A stretch of DNA of 64,000 nt from an uncultured Gemmatimonadaceae bacterium (GTDB taxonomy: Bacteria > Gemmatimonadota > Gemmatimonadetes > Gemmatimonadales > Gemmatimonadaceae): the NCBI GenBank assembly GCA_963740355.1, contig CAVUDW010000002.1, positions 608,001 through 672,000 of the forward strand, written 5' to 3'. Made by a program: the position numbers and the translations under genes. Positions 19,570 through 29,523 of this stretch are shown in pieces. Within the stretch, counting starts at the first letter, position 1; every line of letters starts with the position of its first letter. A model generated the notes under the pieces. It had not been told where the DNA came from and searched no databases. It saw nothing but the letters and a program-made list of their open reading frames with translations.

Positions 19570-20884
19570 GCTCCGTCAGCGTCTTCGGTCTTGGGTATGT
19601 GGGCTGCGTCTCCTCGGCGTGTCTGGCCCGCGAGGGGCACACGGTGATCGGTGTGGACGTGAACCCGACGAAGGTGGCCCTGGTCAACAGCGGCCGATCC
19701 ACGATCGTGGAGGAGGGGATCGCCGAGCTGGTGACGCAGATGGTGTCGAGCGGCCGGCTGCGCGCCACCACGAGCGTGGCCGAGGCGGTGCACGCCTCCG
19801 ACATCTCGCTGGTGTGTGTCGGGACGCCGAGTGCGTCGAACGGTGCATTGGACCTCAGCTACGTGGAGCGGGTCTGCGTCGAGATCGGCGAGGCGATCCG
19901 TGACAAGGCCACCTTCCACACGATCGTGATCCGCAGCACGGTGCTTCCCGGCACGGTGCACGGTGTCGCGACGCCGGCGCTGGAGCGCGGGTCGGGGAAG
20001 CGGGCCGGTGTCGATTTCGGGGTCTGCAGCAATCCGGAGTTCCTGCGCGAAGGCACGTCGATCAAGGACTTCCTCGATCCGCCGTTCACGCTGATCGGTG
20101 CCGACACCGACCAGGCCGCCGACGCGGTGAAGTCGCTGTATGCCGGTCTCGAGGCGCCGGTGCATGTGGTGGCCGTGCGTGTGGCCGAGATGGTCAAGTA
20201 CGCCTGCAACTGCTACCACGGGCTGAAGGTCGGCTTCGCGAACGAGATCGGCAACATCTGCAAGGCGCTCGACGTGGACAGCCACGAGGTGATGCGTGTG
20301 TTCTGCGAAGACCGCAAGCTGAACATCTCGGCGGCCTACCTGAAGCCGGGGTTCGCGTTCGGCGGCAGCTGCCTGCCGAAGGACCTGCGGGCCGTGACCC
20401 ACAAGGCGCGTGAGCTCGACATCGAGACGCCGATCCTGCGGGCGACGCTCGAGAGCAATCGCCGGCAGATCGAGCGCGCATTTGCCATGATCCAGAAGAC
20501 AGGAGCACGGAAGATCGGGATGCTGGGCATGAGCTTCAAGCCGGGCACCGACGACCTGCGTGAGAGCCCGCTGGTGGCGCTGATCGAGCTGATGGTGGGC
20601 AAGGGCATGGAGCTGGCGATCTACGACCGCGATGTGTCCGAGGCGCAGCTGATCGGCGCCAACAAGGACTACATCGAGGGGGAGATCCCGCACATCTGGT
20701 CACTGATGCGCGGCAGCGCGCTCGACGTGATCGAGCATGGGGACGTGGTGGTGGTGGGCAATGCCACCGGCGAGATCCGCGCGCTGGGAGAGGCGAGCTT
20801 CGCGGGAAGACGGTGATCGACCTGGCGCGGCTGTTCAGCCGGAAGCCGGCGGGGGTGATGGCGTATGACGGGATTTGCTGGTAG
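19566..20884 (+). CDS. GDP-mannose/UDP-glucose 6-dehydrogenase (AlgD-like), 1-nt frameshift near 20805
   Basis: VFGLGYVG, CVGTP, NPEFLREG, FGGSCLPKD, FKPGTDDLRESP; restoring one G gives ...KTVIDLARLF...YDGICW-stop. Confidence 0.9.
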
Positions 20885-20991
20885 GGTCGGTCGGGTGTCG
20901 GCTGGGCCTTTTTCAGCCCTTGGCCGCGCCCCATGGCCGTGCCTTGCACCACTGACCGATAGGTCAGCCTCGCCGTATCAGTCAGACGGCA

Positions 20992-21007
20992 CGGCACAGA
21001 ACCTGCC
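20992..21007 (+). promoter_or_regulatory. Candidate sigma-54 promoter upstream of the riboswitch leader
   Basis: CGGCACAGAACCTGCC = GG-N10-GC, resembling the PEP-CTERM 1 box, but about 260 nt from the aptamer. Confidence 0.4.
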
Positions 21008-21255
21008 ATAACACGCGCAGGCGATCTGAGACCGAATCACTGTGACTTGCGTGGCTATTCGCACCGAGCCAGACGAGTGATCAGATGATCACTCGCTTTG
21101 TTTTCGGATGACGTTACAGGTGACGCCCTCCTCTACGATTTCCGTTCCCCCGTAAGGCAGAACAAATGTGACGGCACCACGGTCACAGCGTCTGAAGGGG
21201 GTAGTTGCACCGATACCTCAGGTAATCGACTGCGGCAGGATCGTAGACCGCCCTT

Positions 21256-21365
21256 GGCGGGAGCGACAAAGGCAAACCCGGTGAAAACCGGGGACGCAAA
21301 ACCACGGGACTTCGAGGCACCTCACATGGGAGGGCCTCATGTCGGCCGGGTCGCCGAACACCCCG
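21256..21365 (+). ncRNA. Class I cyclic di-GMP (GEMM) riboswitch
   Basis: CGACAAAGGCAAA-CCCGGT-GAAA-ACCGGG-GACGCAAA, then P3 (GAC..GAGGC..GCCTC..GTC), then GGCCGGGTCGCCGAA; lies directly upstream of an SD and ATG. Confidence 0.92.
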
Positions 21366-21376
21366 ACGGAGGGGAA

Positions 21377-23352
21377 ATGCGTAGTATTCGTCCCATGATT
21401 TCAGCTGCACCGTTGGTTTGTTTGGGGCTTGTTCCGGCGAAGATCCGGCAGCGAGTCCAGTGGACGGCATTTCAGCAAGTGTGTTGGCCCGGGCGACGTT
21501 ACCGTCCGGCTCGGTGAGCCTTCGCGACTCCACTCTCGATATCGGCGACACGACGTCCCTACTCGTCGTGATCAATGACCGATTCGGGAGGGACGTGTCC
21601 CGCTCCCTCAACAAGAAGTACCGGTCAAGTGATACGACTGTTGCGACGGTCAGCCCCCGAGGCGTGATCAAGGTTCGTGGTGCCGGAACCACTTGGATCG
21701 TAGCCACAGCTTCGAATAAGTACGTAGACTCGGTAGCGGTGAAGGTTCTCGCTGCGTCCGTTGTCGCGGGGCCGACTGCAGGAACCGTGGACGCGGCATC
21801 GACGGGTACCAGTGACTTGAGTTCTGAGCTCTTTTCTGACACTGTCTCTGTGTCCCCGAGGCAAGCTACGCTTCCGACGCGCTTCGTTTCTCACGCGTTT
21901 CCCGTGCCGGCTCGTACGGTTCGACTTCGCCAAGGCGACGATCTGCAAATGGCGATCGATACGGCACGTCGCGGCGATGAGCTGGTGCTCGCGAACGGCG
22001 CTGTATTCAGTGGTGGCTACAAGCTACGGAAGAAGAGCGGTTCCGGATGGATCACGATCCGCAGTGAAACGGCGCCGACGAGTCTTGGCCTGCGCGCCAC
22101 CCCCCGCCAGTTTCTTTCGACTGCGAAAATTCTCACCGTGCAGAACGGCGTTCCGGCGATCGACGCCGACGCTGGCGCAAGTGGCTATTGGATTAGTGGA
22201 GTCGAGATTGCCGCTGCTCCAACCGTCACGACGCTTGGAGCGCTCGTATTCATAAGTCCCGCAAGGGGCATCGCAGCTGATGTGCCATCACGAATTGTGA
22301 TTGAGCGATCGTACGTGCACGGCCATGATCTGCTAAATATTCAGCGATGTGTGCACTTCGATGCAACAGACGCGGCGGTGACAGATTCGTGGATCTCGGA
22401 TTGCCATTTTCGCGGTTTGGATTCTCAGGCTATCCTCGTCATTACGTCACCTGGACAGCTGTTGTTCCGCAACAACTTCCTGAGCGGAGCTGGAGAGAAC
22501 TTGATGGTTGGCGGCGGTGGTCCTGGTGTGACCGGAATGCTTCCAGAAGATATTGAGATCGTTGGAAATCATTTCTACAAGCCCCTCGCTTGGAAAGCTG
22601 CAGGCTGGACCGTTAAGAATCTTCTTGAGATCAAAATCGGGCGCCGGATTGACGTGCGCGACAACTATCTCGAGAACAATTGGGTCATGGGTCAGATCGG
22701 TTTCGCGGTGGTCATCAAAGCGGCGGACCAGGATGCAGCTCCGTGGGTTCGTACGAGCGACATCGTTTTCCGGCGCAATATTGTCTCCGGAAGCGCGGCT
22801 GGACTGAACGTCTTCGAGGACGGGCCGATCGGCACAAATCGTGTTGCGATTCTTGCGAATCAGTTCAACAACATCGGGTTGAATTCGCTCGGCGGCGTCG
22901 GCCGTATGATACAGCTCATTGGCAAGCTTACGGACATTGAAATCCGCCACAACACCATGGTGTTTGGGCAGGTCGCTAGCGCGGCTGCATCAGCCCTCAT
23001 GATGGACGGGCGAGGCTCTGAGCGTCTCACGATCGTGAACAACGTGTTTCAGGGTGGTGAGTACGGGTTCATCCTCAGTGGAGGCGGGACCGGCGTTACC
23101 GGCGTACAGGGCTATGCGCTCACCAGCACCGTTGTTGGCAATGCGATTAACATGAATTTCGGCGCCGCATCGTATGGCAGTCAAAATTTGGTTGTGCCCA
23201 CCCTAGACGCACTCGGATTTGCGAATATCGGTGCAAGCGATCTGCGACTAGTCTCTGGTTCAGTGGTGAAGAACTCTGGAGCTCTCGGCGCGACCCCTGG
23301 CGTCCCCACGGGAGCACTTGCCGCAGCTGCTTCGGCACGGAGCGCCCCTTAG
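21377..23352 (+). CDS. Lipoprotein with Ig-like (Big_2) and right-handed beta-helix domains; frameshift near 21408
   Basis: SD GGAGGGG then MRSIRPMISAA / VGLFGAC lipobox; SSDTTVATVS..G Ig motif; GDDLQ.AID...GDELVL and Asn-rich beta-helix repeats. Confidence 0.8.
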
Positions 23353-23378
23353 CGTTGAGCTTGCTGAGAATCTTGAAG

Positions 23379-23414
23379 AGCAGGGGGACCCGCATGGTGT
23401 CTCCCTGCTTTTTT
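23379..23414 (+). terminator. Intrinsic terminator
   Basis: AGCAGGGGGAC-loop-GTCTCCCTGCT followed by a T tract. Confidence 0.75.
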
Positions 23415-23435
23415 GTCCCCTAGCTACAGTTCAAA

Positions 23436-24524
23436 ATGCGCGTTGTCTATGTAATTGATTCTTTCATGATCGGTGGAAGCGAGCTCGCCGCATTGCGGAC
23501 ATTCCAGCTCCTTCGATCCCGGATTGACATGCCCATCGTGCATTTTCACGCCGATGGACCGCTACTCGACGACTATCGGGCCGCAGGAGCCGAGATGTAT
23601 CACATCCCACTCCATGGCCTCCGCGACATTCGAAACGTGCTATCGATCGGTCGCCTGCGCTGGCTGCTCTCCGGGATACGGCCCGACGTGATACACTCAC
23701 ACGATGCCTACTCGAACATGGTCGTACTGGCTGCCCTATGGCCGCGGTTCGCCATACCGTGGGTGTCCAGCCGTCGATGGCTGGACCAGATTGTTCGGCC
23801 CGCACATGCGCGCCTGAACCATCTTGCTTTCATGCGATCCTCCATGGTCACCGTCAACGCGACCAGTGTCTCCGAGTACATGCAGCAAACGGAGGGTGTT
23901 CCAGAGCGACAGCTGACCGTGGTCCCGAACTTCGTGCAAGTTCCAGAATTAGCCCCAGTGTGGCCGCGCGAGAGCAGTCAACACACTGTCATCGGAATGG
24001 TATCGCGCCTCACCCCGATCAAGCGTCACGACATTGCAATTCACGCCGTTCGCAAGCTGGTTGACGAAGGCTTTGACGTGCACCTCGTCATCGTTGGTGA
24101 GGGCGAGAGCCGACCGTCTATTGAGCGATTGGTCGATGAAGTCGGGCTCCGCGATCGGGTAACACTGAAGGGTGAGAAGCGGGGCGGAGCTGCTCTCCAC
24201 GCGGAGTTTGACATCTCTCTGGCCACGTCAGACAGCGAAGGGTCGCCTAACTCTGTTCTTGAGGGTATGGCAGCAGGGCGGCCAGTCGTCGCCACGGATG
24301 TTGGCGGAACGCGCGACGTTCTTCGGCCGGGGGTGGACGGAATCCTCGTGCCTCCGGGGGACAGTGGCGCAATTGCTTGTGCGATTCGGACGATTCTTGA
24401 AAAGCCTGAGCTGTTCCGCATTTATGGCGACGCTGGCCGCGCGCGAGCGCAGGCGTCTTTCTCCGCAGAGGCAATCTCAGGCAAGCTGTTCTCACTCTAC
24501 AAACAGGTCGCTGGATTCCGCTGA
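23436..24524 (+). CDS. GT4 glycosyltransferase
   Basis: IGGSE, PDVIHSH, VSRL..IKRH, EGSPNSVLEGMAAGRPVVATDVGG. Confidence 0.92.
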   Translation: MRVVYVIDSFMIGGSELAALRTFQLLRSRIDMPIVHFHADGPLLDDYRAAGAEMYHIPLHGLRDIRNVLSIGRLRWLLSGIRPDVIHSHDAYSNMVVLAALWPRFAIPWVSSRRWLDQIVRPAHARLNHLAFMRSSMVTVNATSVSEYMQQTEGVPERQLTVVPNFVQVPELAPVWPRESSQHTVIGMVSRLTPIKRHDIAIHAVRKLVDEGFDVHLVIVGEGESRPSIERLVDEVGLRDRVTLKGEKRGGAALHAEFDISLATSDSEGSPNSVLEGMAAGRPVVATDVGGTRDVLRPGVDGILVPPGDSGAIACAIRTILEKPELFRIYGDAGRARAQASFSAEAISGKLFSLYKQVAGFR

Positions 24525-24535
24525 CGGCTCAACGC

Positions 24536-25711
24536 TCAGTCATTTGGCCTCGTTGCCCCTTTCACCGTATCCGAGATGACTTGCGCGATTTTTTCTGTCA
24601 CCCTCAGCCAGCTGTACTTGGCGGTTGCCCTCGCTCTGCCCGCCGCACCCATCGCGGCAGCACTCGGATCCGACAGAGTCTTGTAGAGAGCGTCCGCAAG
24701 TTCGTTTGCATCATCGGGCTTCACCAGGTACCCCGTTGAGCCGTCGCAAACCATCTCTTGAAGAGCGCCGATTCGCGTTGCGACGACCGGAAGCGCCGCA
24801 TACATCGCTTCCAGCACAACTAAGCCAAATGGTTCGTGTCGTGCTGGCAGACAGAATACGCTGGCGCGCTCGAACGCTGCCTTGAGCCGCGACCAATCTG
24901 ACGGTGAGGTACGATCGAGGAAGCCCAGCCACTCCGCACCCTCAGGGAGTTGCATCTCGTCGCGCGGGCCGACGACAACTAGCCTGAGGTCCGGAATACT
25001 TACACGCAATTTCCGAAACGCATTGACGAGCACGTCACCTCCCTTTCTTTCGAACTCACGGCCTATGAAAAGGATTGTGGGAGGCCCCTGATTCCCGGTG
25101 GGCGAACGGTCGAGGGCAAGCAACTCAAGAGGGTTCGCGTTGGGACCTGCGCCAACCGCGTGTATGCGGTTCATCGGCGTATGAAAATCCCTGGCAAAGG
25201 ACGCAGCGATGTAATCGCTCATCGTAAAAATTCCCCGAGCCGAGGAATAGAGTTTCCCTTCGAGTGCAACCGCCTCACTGAGCCCTTTTTTCGAAAGAGC
25301 CGCCCCCCAAGAATTGGCCTCTGACGATGAAAACAGCGTGTTTGAGTCGCAGAAAAGGAAAACAGGCATATCGTCCACCAAGGCGCTGAAAGTCGCGCCG
25401 TATTGCAGCACTGCGTCAAGGCCGGTGACCGAGCGCACTGCTTGCCTCGCATTCGCAGATCGTGCCTCGAAGGCGGGTGCCGACAAGTGAAAACGCGCCG
25501 TCCAACGACGTCGATTTGCAGCCCAAGTAAGGACGGCCACGCGCGCCCGCGTGAAGCCACGTAGCTCTATGTCTCGTGTGGTCACCGTGTGCCCGAGCGC
25601 GCGAAGGCCAGTCGCGAGACTTGACGGTGTGCCCGAGCCCGAGCCCATGGGTGAGTCGGGATCTCCTTCTGCCAGAAGAAGAATGTGTAACGGTCGGCTG
25701 GATTCGTTCAC
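24536..25711 (-). CDS. GT4 glycosyltransferase (start uncertain)
   Basis: SGSGTP, LFIGREFERKGGD, EPFGLVVLEAM. Confidence 0.88.
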   Translation of the reverse strand: MNESSRPLHILLLAEGDPDSPMGSGSGTPSSLATGLRALGHTVTTRDIELRGFTRARVAVLTWAANRRRWTARFHLSAPAFEARSANARQAVRSVTGLDAVLQYGATFSALVDDMPVFLFCDSNTLFSSSEANSWGAALSKKGLSEAVALEGKLYSSARGIFTMSDYIAASFARDFHTPMNRIHAVGAGPNANPLELLALDRSPTGNQGPPTILFIGREFERKGGDVLVNAFRKLRVSIPDLRLVVVGPRDEMQLPEGAEWLGFLDRTSPSDWSRLKAAFERASVFCLPARHEPFGLVVLEAMYAALPVVATRIGALQEMVCDGSTGYLVKPDDANELADALYKTLSDPSAAAMGAAGRARATAKYSWLRVTEKIAQVISDTVKGATRPND

Positions 25712-25901
25712 GGGGGGGGAAGGCGGGTGTGGGTCGGTCTGAGGGCGGATACTCGGCCCAATCGCTTCTGTTGGCTCAAATCCAGTGAGTCGCCCAGTCA
25801 GCACCGAACCAGTTCATTCTTCCAAGTCCGCAATTCATGGCACCGGTCCAGAGTAACTCTCGCGGCCGAGCGGGTTCAGGCACAATCTTCCTGCCGGCAT
25901 G

Positions 25902-27210
25902 CTAGCGGCGAAACGCGGATCTCGTGCTTTCGCGCCCCATTGACGGTGTCGACCTCCGCAATGTGAGCCCTGACGGGACCCGCGCAATCAAGTCAGCTGC
26001 GCCACGAAGCTGCTGCAACGCGCTTTTCTGAAGCAATTCTGACGCAGACCAAAGAATTGCCAAATAGAGGTAGAGAAACGAAACACGATGGAAGCTGCCA
26101 AAGATTGCAGCAATGAGGTAGGCGACAAGTCCAAATCTCAGGATTCTTAGCTGTTCGGCTTCGTTTGGTGCGTGTCGTCGGAGTGAGCTCTCGATGCGCA
26201 TCGCCCGGATCAATGTCGAGCCAAGCATTCCGATGAAGAGCACGAGTCCGGGAAGACCTGTTTCGGCGACAAGGTTCACGTACATGTTGTGTGCATCACG
26301 GTTGCCGCTTCCAATCGCCCATTCTGGCCGCTCCTCCGCATAGACGCCGTGCGCTTCCGAATACGCGCCGAGCCCGACACCAGTGACAAGATTGTCTCTC
26401 GCAATAGCAGATGCGATTTGAAGAAGGACGTACCTCTGCTCTGCAGATCCGTCGGCTTCACCGATCGTTTCGGTATTGAACAGGTACTTCATCCGGCTGA
26501 AGCGGTCCCATACTGCCCCTGGTGCCAGAAGGACGATGCCAAGCACCGCCGCAACGCCAAATCGAATCAGTCGTGTTCTGCTTCTGCTTCGGACTACCAT
26601 GAAAACGAAGGCGATCACCAGGCCGATGAACGCACCGCGTGATTGGGTGATGACGATGAGCAGCGCGAGTCCTGCGGTGGATACGACAGTGCGCCCGTAC
26701 GAATCCACTTCGGGAAACGAGCTGGCGAGCAGGAACGCTGACAGCGCCATCACCAGGATGGCGTACGCCGCCAGATCATTGTAGTTCGCGAACGAGAAGT
26801 TCCAGCCGTATCGGCCGAATGTCCCAATTCCGGACGAGGAAATTCAGAGTAGGTGCCACGTGCCGGAAACAGTCCAAACATCAGGACCCAAAGGCCCACA
26901 AAATGCAGCGAGCTTGGGCCAGAGTTTTGCTTGCATTGATCGCGACAAAGAAGATCAGCAGGATCTTCAGGTAGTCGGTCAGCGTCTGACTGACTACACT
27001 CTGATAGGGTGACGCCATCATGCTAATGGCACACCAACCCACGAAAGCCACCATGAACGTCAATGGCGCGGGAACGTAATCTCTCCCAGCATTCATCAGC
27101 ACACCGAACAGGCCGATCGCGATCCCAGCGGACGCAATAGGAAGCTTGAAGCTGTGCACGCAGAAGAGGTAGATGGAGAGCCCAAACAGGGCGACGGTCA
27201 TCTGCTGCAT
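25902..27210 (-). CDS. O-antigen ligase/polymerase (Wzy_C) family protein, with about four 1-nt insertions at 26835-26912
   Basis: Corrected frame reads ...LWVLMFGLFPARGTYLNFLSGIGTFGRYGWNFSFANYNDLA; later TQSRGA, SAEQR, GVGLGAY, DAHNMY..AETGLPG. Confidence 0.82.
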
Positions 27211-27341
27211 GCCAACCGGAATTACGGACCCGGTATCGCGCTGTCGGGTAGACCACTCCGATCGGAGGTGAGGCGAATCGACGAGTCATGCGTTCGGTTC
27301 GTCGCGCTCGGAATCCCAAGGCAGCGTCCTGAAACGCGAAC

Positions 27342-27367
27342 CGGGCAGCCCAATTAGGGGCTGCCCG
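27342..27367. other. GC-rich hairpin between the priming GT and polymerase genes
   Basis: CGGGCAGCCC-AATTAG-GGGCTGCCCG; no T tract. Confidence 0.45.
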
Positions 27368-27403
27368 AGCACAGCGGCAGACGATTGAACGTGAGCCTTC
27401 GAA

Positions 27404-28210
27404 TCAATGCGCGCCCTTCCGCCCAATCATGACCGGCAACGTGCGCGACATGATCTTGAGATCCATCCAGAGCGACCGGTTGGAGATGTATTCCAGATCC
27501 AAGGCAACCTTGTTCTTCACGTCGTCCAGGCAGCTGTCGTAGGCCTGATTGATCTGCGCCCACCCGGTGATCCCAGGCTTGACGCGTTGGCGGAGATGGT
27601 AGTTCTCAACCTGGGTGCGAAGCGAGAGGAAGATGCTCGGTCGCTCAGGTCGGGGGCCGACGACGTTCATTTCGCCGCGTACGACGTTCCACAGCTGTGG
27701 CAGTTCGTCGAGCCGCGTCTTGCGCAGGAACTCGCCAATGGCGGTGATCCGGGGATCGTCCTTCGATGCCCATACGGCCTCGCCCTGAACTTCCGCATCG
27801 ACCCGCATCGACCGAAACTTGTAGATCGTGAAGACCCGACCGCCGAGGTCTTCCTCGCGGCGCGTCTGGTGACGATCACCGCGGAGCGCGCGGCGATCCA
27901 ACCCGACGCGCGTCTGTGTGTAGAAAACTGGGCCCGGGCTGCTGAGCTTGATCACGACGGCGATCAGCGCGGCGAAGGGTGCGACGAAAATCAGGCCGAT
28001 CAGCGCGACGGAGACGTTCAGCACGCGGTGCATCCACTCCGGATGTACCGATGCTTGATCCTCGGCCGCTACGCGAATGCGTCGCGTTCGCGACTCGCGA
28101 ATGTCGCCATCGTCGGGGGACGGCCAGCCTGTGGCCGCGCCGCCGAACGCGTCGCGCAGCGCGGCGATGCGCCCTGCCATGTGTGTTGCGCTCGGTACAG
28201 AAGAACCCAC
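27404..28210 (-). CDS. Priming (undecaprenyl-P) sugar transferase
   Basis: [49 protein letters not shown]. Confidence 0.93.
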   Translation of the reverse strand: MGSSVPSATHMAGRIAALRDAFGGAATGWPSPDDGDIRESRTRRIRVAAEDQASVHPEWMHRVLNVSVALIGLIFVAPFAALIAVVIKLSSPGPVFYTQTRVGLDRRALRGDRHQTRREEDLGGRVFTIYKFRSMRVDAEVQGEAVWASKDDPRITAIGEFLRKTRLDELPQLWNVVRGEMNVVGPRPERPSIFLSLRTQVENYHLRQRVKPGITGWAQINQAYDSCLDDVKNKVALDLEYISNRSLWMDLKIMSRTLPVMIGRKGAH

Positions 28211-28242
28211 GCCTGCCTCGGCTGTCAGAATTCAGTGCGCGC

Positions 28243-29007
28243 CTAGCGACGCGTCAGCGTAATAATCGAGATCACGACACCCAGCGCCGCAGATGCGGCC
28301 CACAGAACGCTGGTGAAATTGCTCGGCTTCTTTTCGTCGATCACGAGCTCGTCGCCCGCACGGATATCTGCTTGATCCAGCGTCATTCCCGAACGAAAAA
28401 CGAGACTCAGACTGTCCTTGTCCACCAGCGTGGCTGGACCGCGCTTCACCTTCGACTTCGCCAGCCGTGACACACCAGTCAGGCCTCCCGCGCTGGAGAC
28501 GACGTCGGATACAGCAGCGTCACCACGCACCGTCACGAACCCAGGACGCTGCACCGCACCGGTCACGAGCAACCGCACCAGCGGTTGCGTCCGGACGACA
28601 GGACGCTGGATGTACCGCTTCGCCTGCGCGACAAGCGCTGAATCTGCCTCGGATCGAAGCACTCCCTTCAAAGTGAAAGCAGGGAAGGTGCCAATGACCA
28701 CTTCCTGACCAGCACGAACCGACACGGTATCCCGGAACGGCTCTTCACCACCGAACAGGTCGACCACCACACGATCGCCAGGATAGAAGTCCCCTACCCT
28801 GAGCCGCTCCCTCAGTGGCACTGCATCCGCTGTCTTGCCCGTCTTTTCCATCACAGTGGCGACGGAGTCAAGAAACCGTCGAGTCCGATACAAGCTCTGC
28901 TCAGACCCTGATTGTGCGACCAAACTCGATGCGACGACACACCCTACCACCGCCATCACTCCGAAACGGACCAGCCGAACGGATGCCTTCAAGGACTGAA
29001 TTCGCAT
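28243..29007 (-). CDS. SLBB-domain polysaccharide export protein (Wza-like)
   Basis: Signal peptide, FYPGDRV, VTGAVQRPG, SAGG, IRAGDEL, C-terminal helix. Confidence 0.78.
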   Translation of the reverse strand: MRIQSLKASVRLVRFGVMAVVGCVVASSLVAQSGSEQSLYRTRRFLDSVATVMEKTGKTADAVPLRERLRVGDFYPGDRVVVDLFGGEEPFRDTVSVRAGQEVVIGTFPAFTLKGVLRSEADSALVAQAKRYIQRPVVRTQPLVRLLVTGAVQRPGFVTVRGDAAVSDVVSSAGGLTGVSRLAKSKVKRGPATLVDKDSLSLVFRSGMTLDQADIRAGDELVIDEKKPSNFTSVLWAASAALGVVISIITLTRR

Positions 29008-29458
29008 TGTTATCCATTCATTGCACCCCTCATGCTCAGGGGGCAAAATGACAGTTCGTGGTGAGAAGGCGTTGAAAGGCATGGAGTTGGCTGTACACCA
29101 GAAACGGCTGTGAGAGTCTCGCACCAGTGGCATGTAGCCTGTTTACCACACCCTTGCTGTGCGAGTATCCTACAGTCGAAGGCTGTAGCATACCAAAGTA
29201 CCGCGCTCCCATACCACTCGAGACGCTGCGCACCTTCAGTTGTAACGATACCAACCGGCCAGAAATCCCATCCGGGGAGCTCTACACGCCATCGGCTGAC
29301 CTTACCCCGCGCCACTAATCTCTAGTCGACTCTGGGGGTACAGGACACGAAAGTGATCGGAATGCGCCGGGAATGTTGCACGGCCGCCGCATATCTCGAG
29401 ATCGCCTCGTCCGAATACTCCTCGCAAGTCTTGGTCCATCAAGGCGTTACGATTCCGC

Positions 29459-29474
29459 TGGAATCCCGCATGCA
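29459..29474 (+). promoter_or_regulatory. Sigma-54 -24/-12 promoter candidate
   Basis: TGGAATCCCGCATGCA; GC 52 nt before the ATG at 29524; preceded by IHF-like CATCAAGGCGTTA (29437-29449) and TGT-N12-GCA (29374-29391). Confidence 0.6.
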
Positions 29475-29523
29475 ACGTGCAACGGTGACTGCGACGCCGT
29501 TCGCATCTCCAGCAAGGCACGCC

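Noticed and set aside
21256..21365. 3',3'-cGAMP-sensing riboswitch variant
   Set aside because: The discriminating position is G (21271), not A.
21098..21517. 139-aa ORF over the riboswitch
   Set aside because: It overlaps a structured RNA. Only its MRSIRPMISAA segment appears to be real coding sequence.
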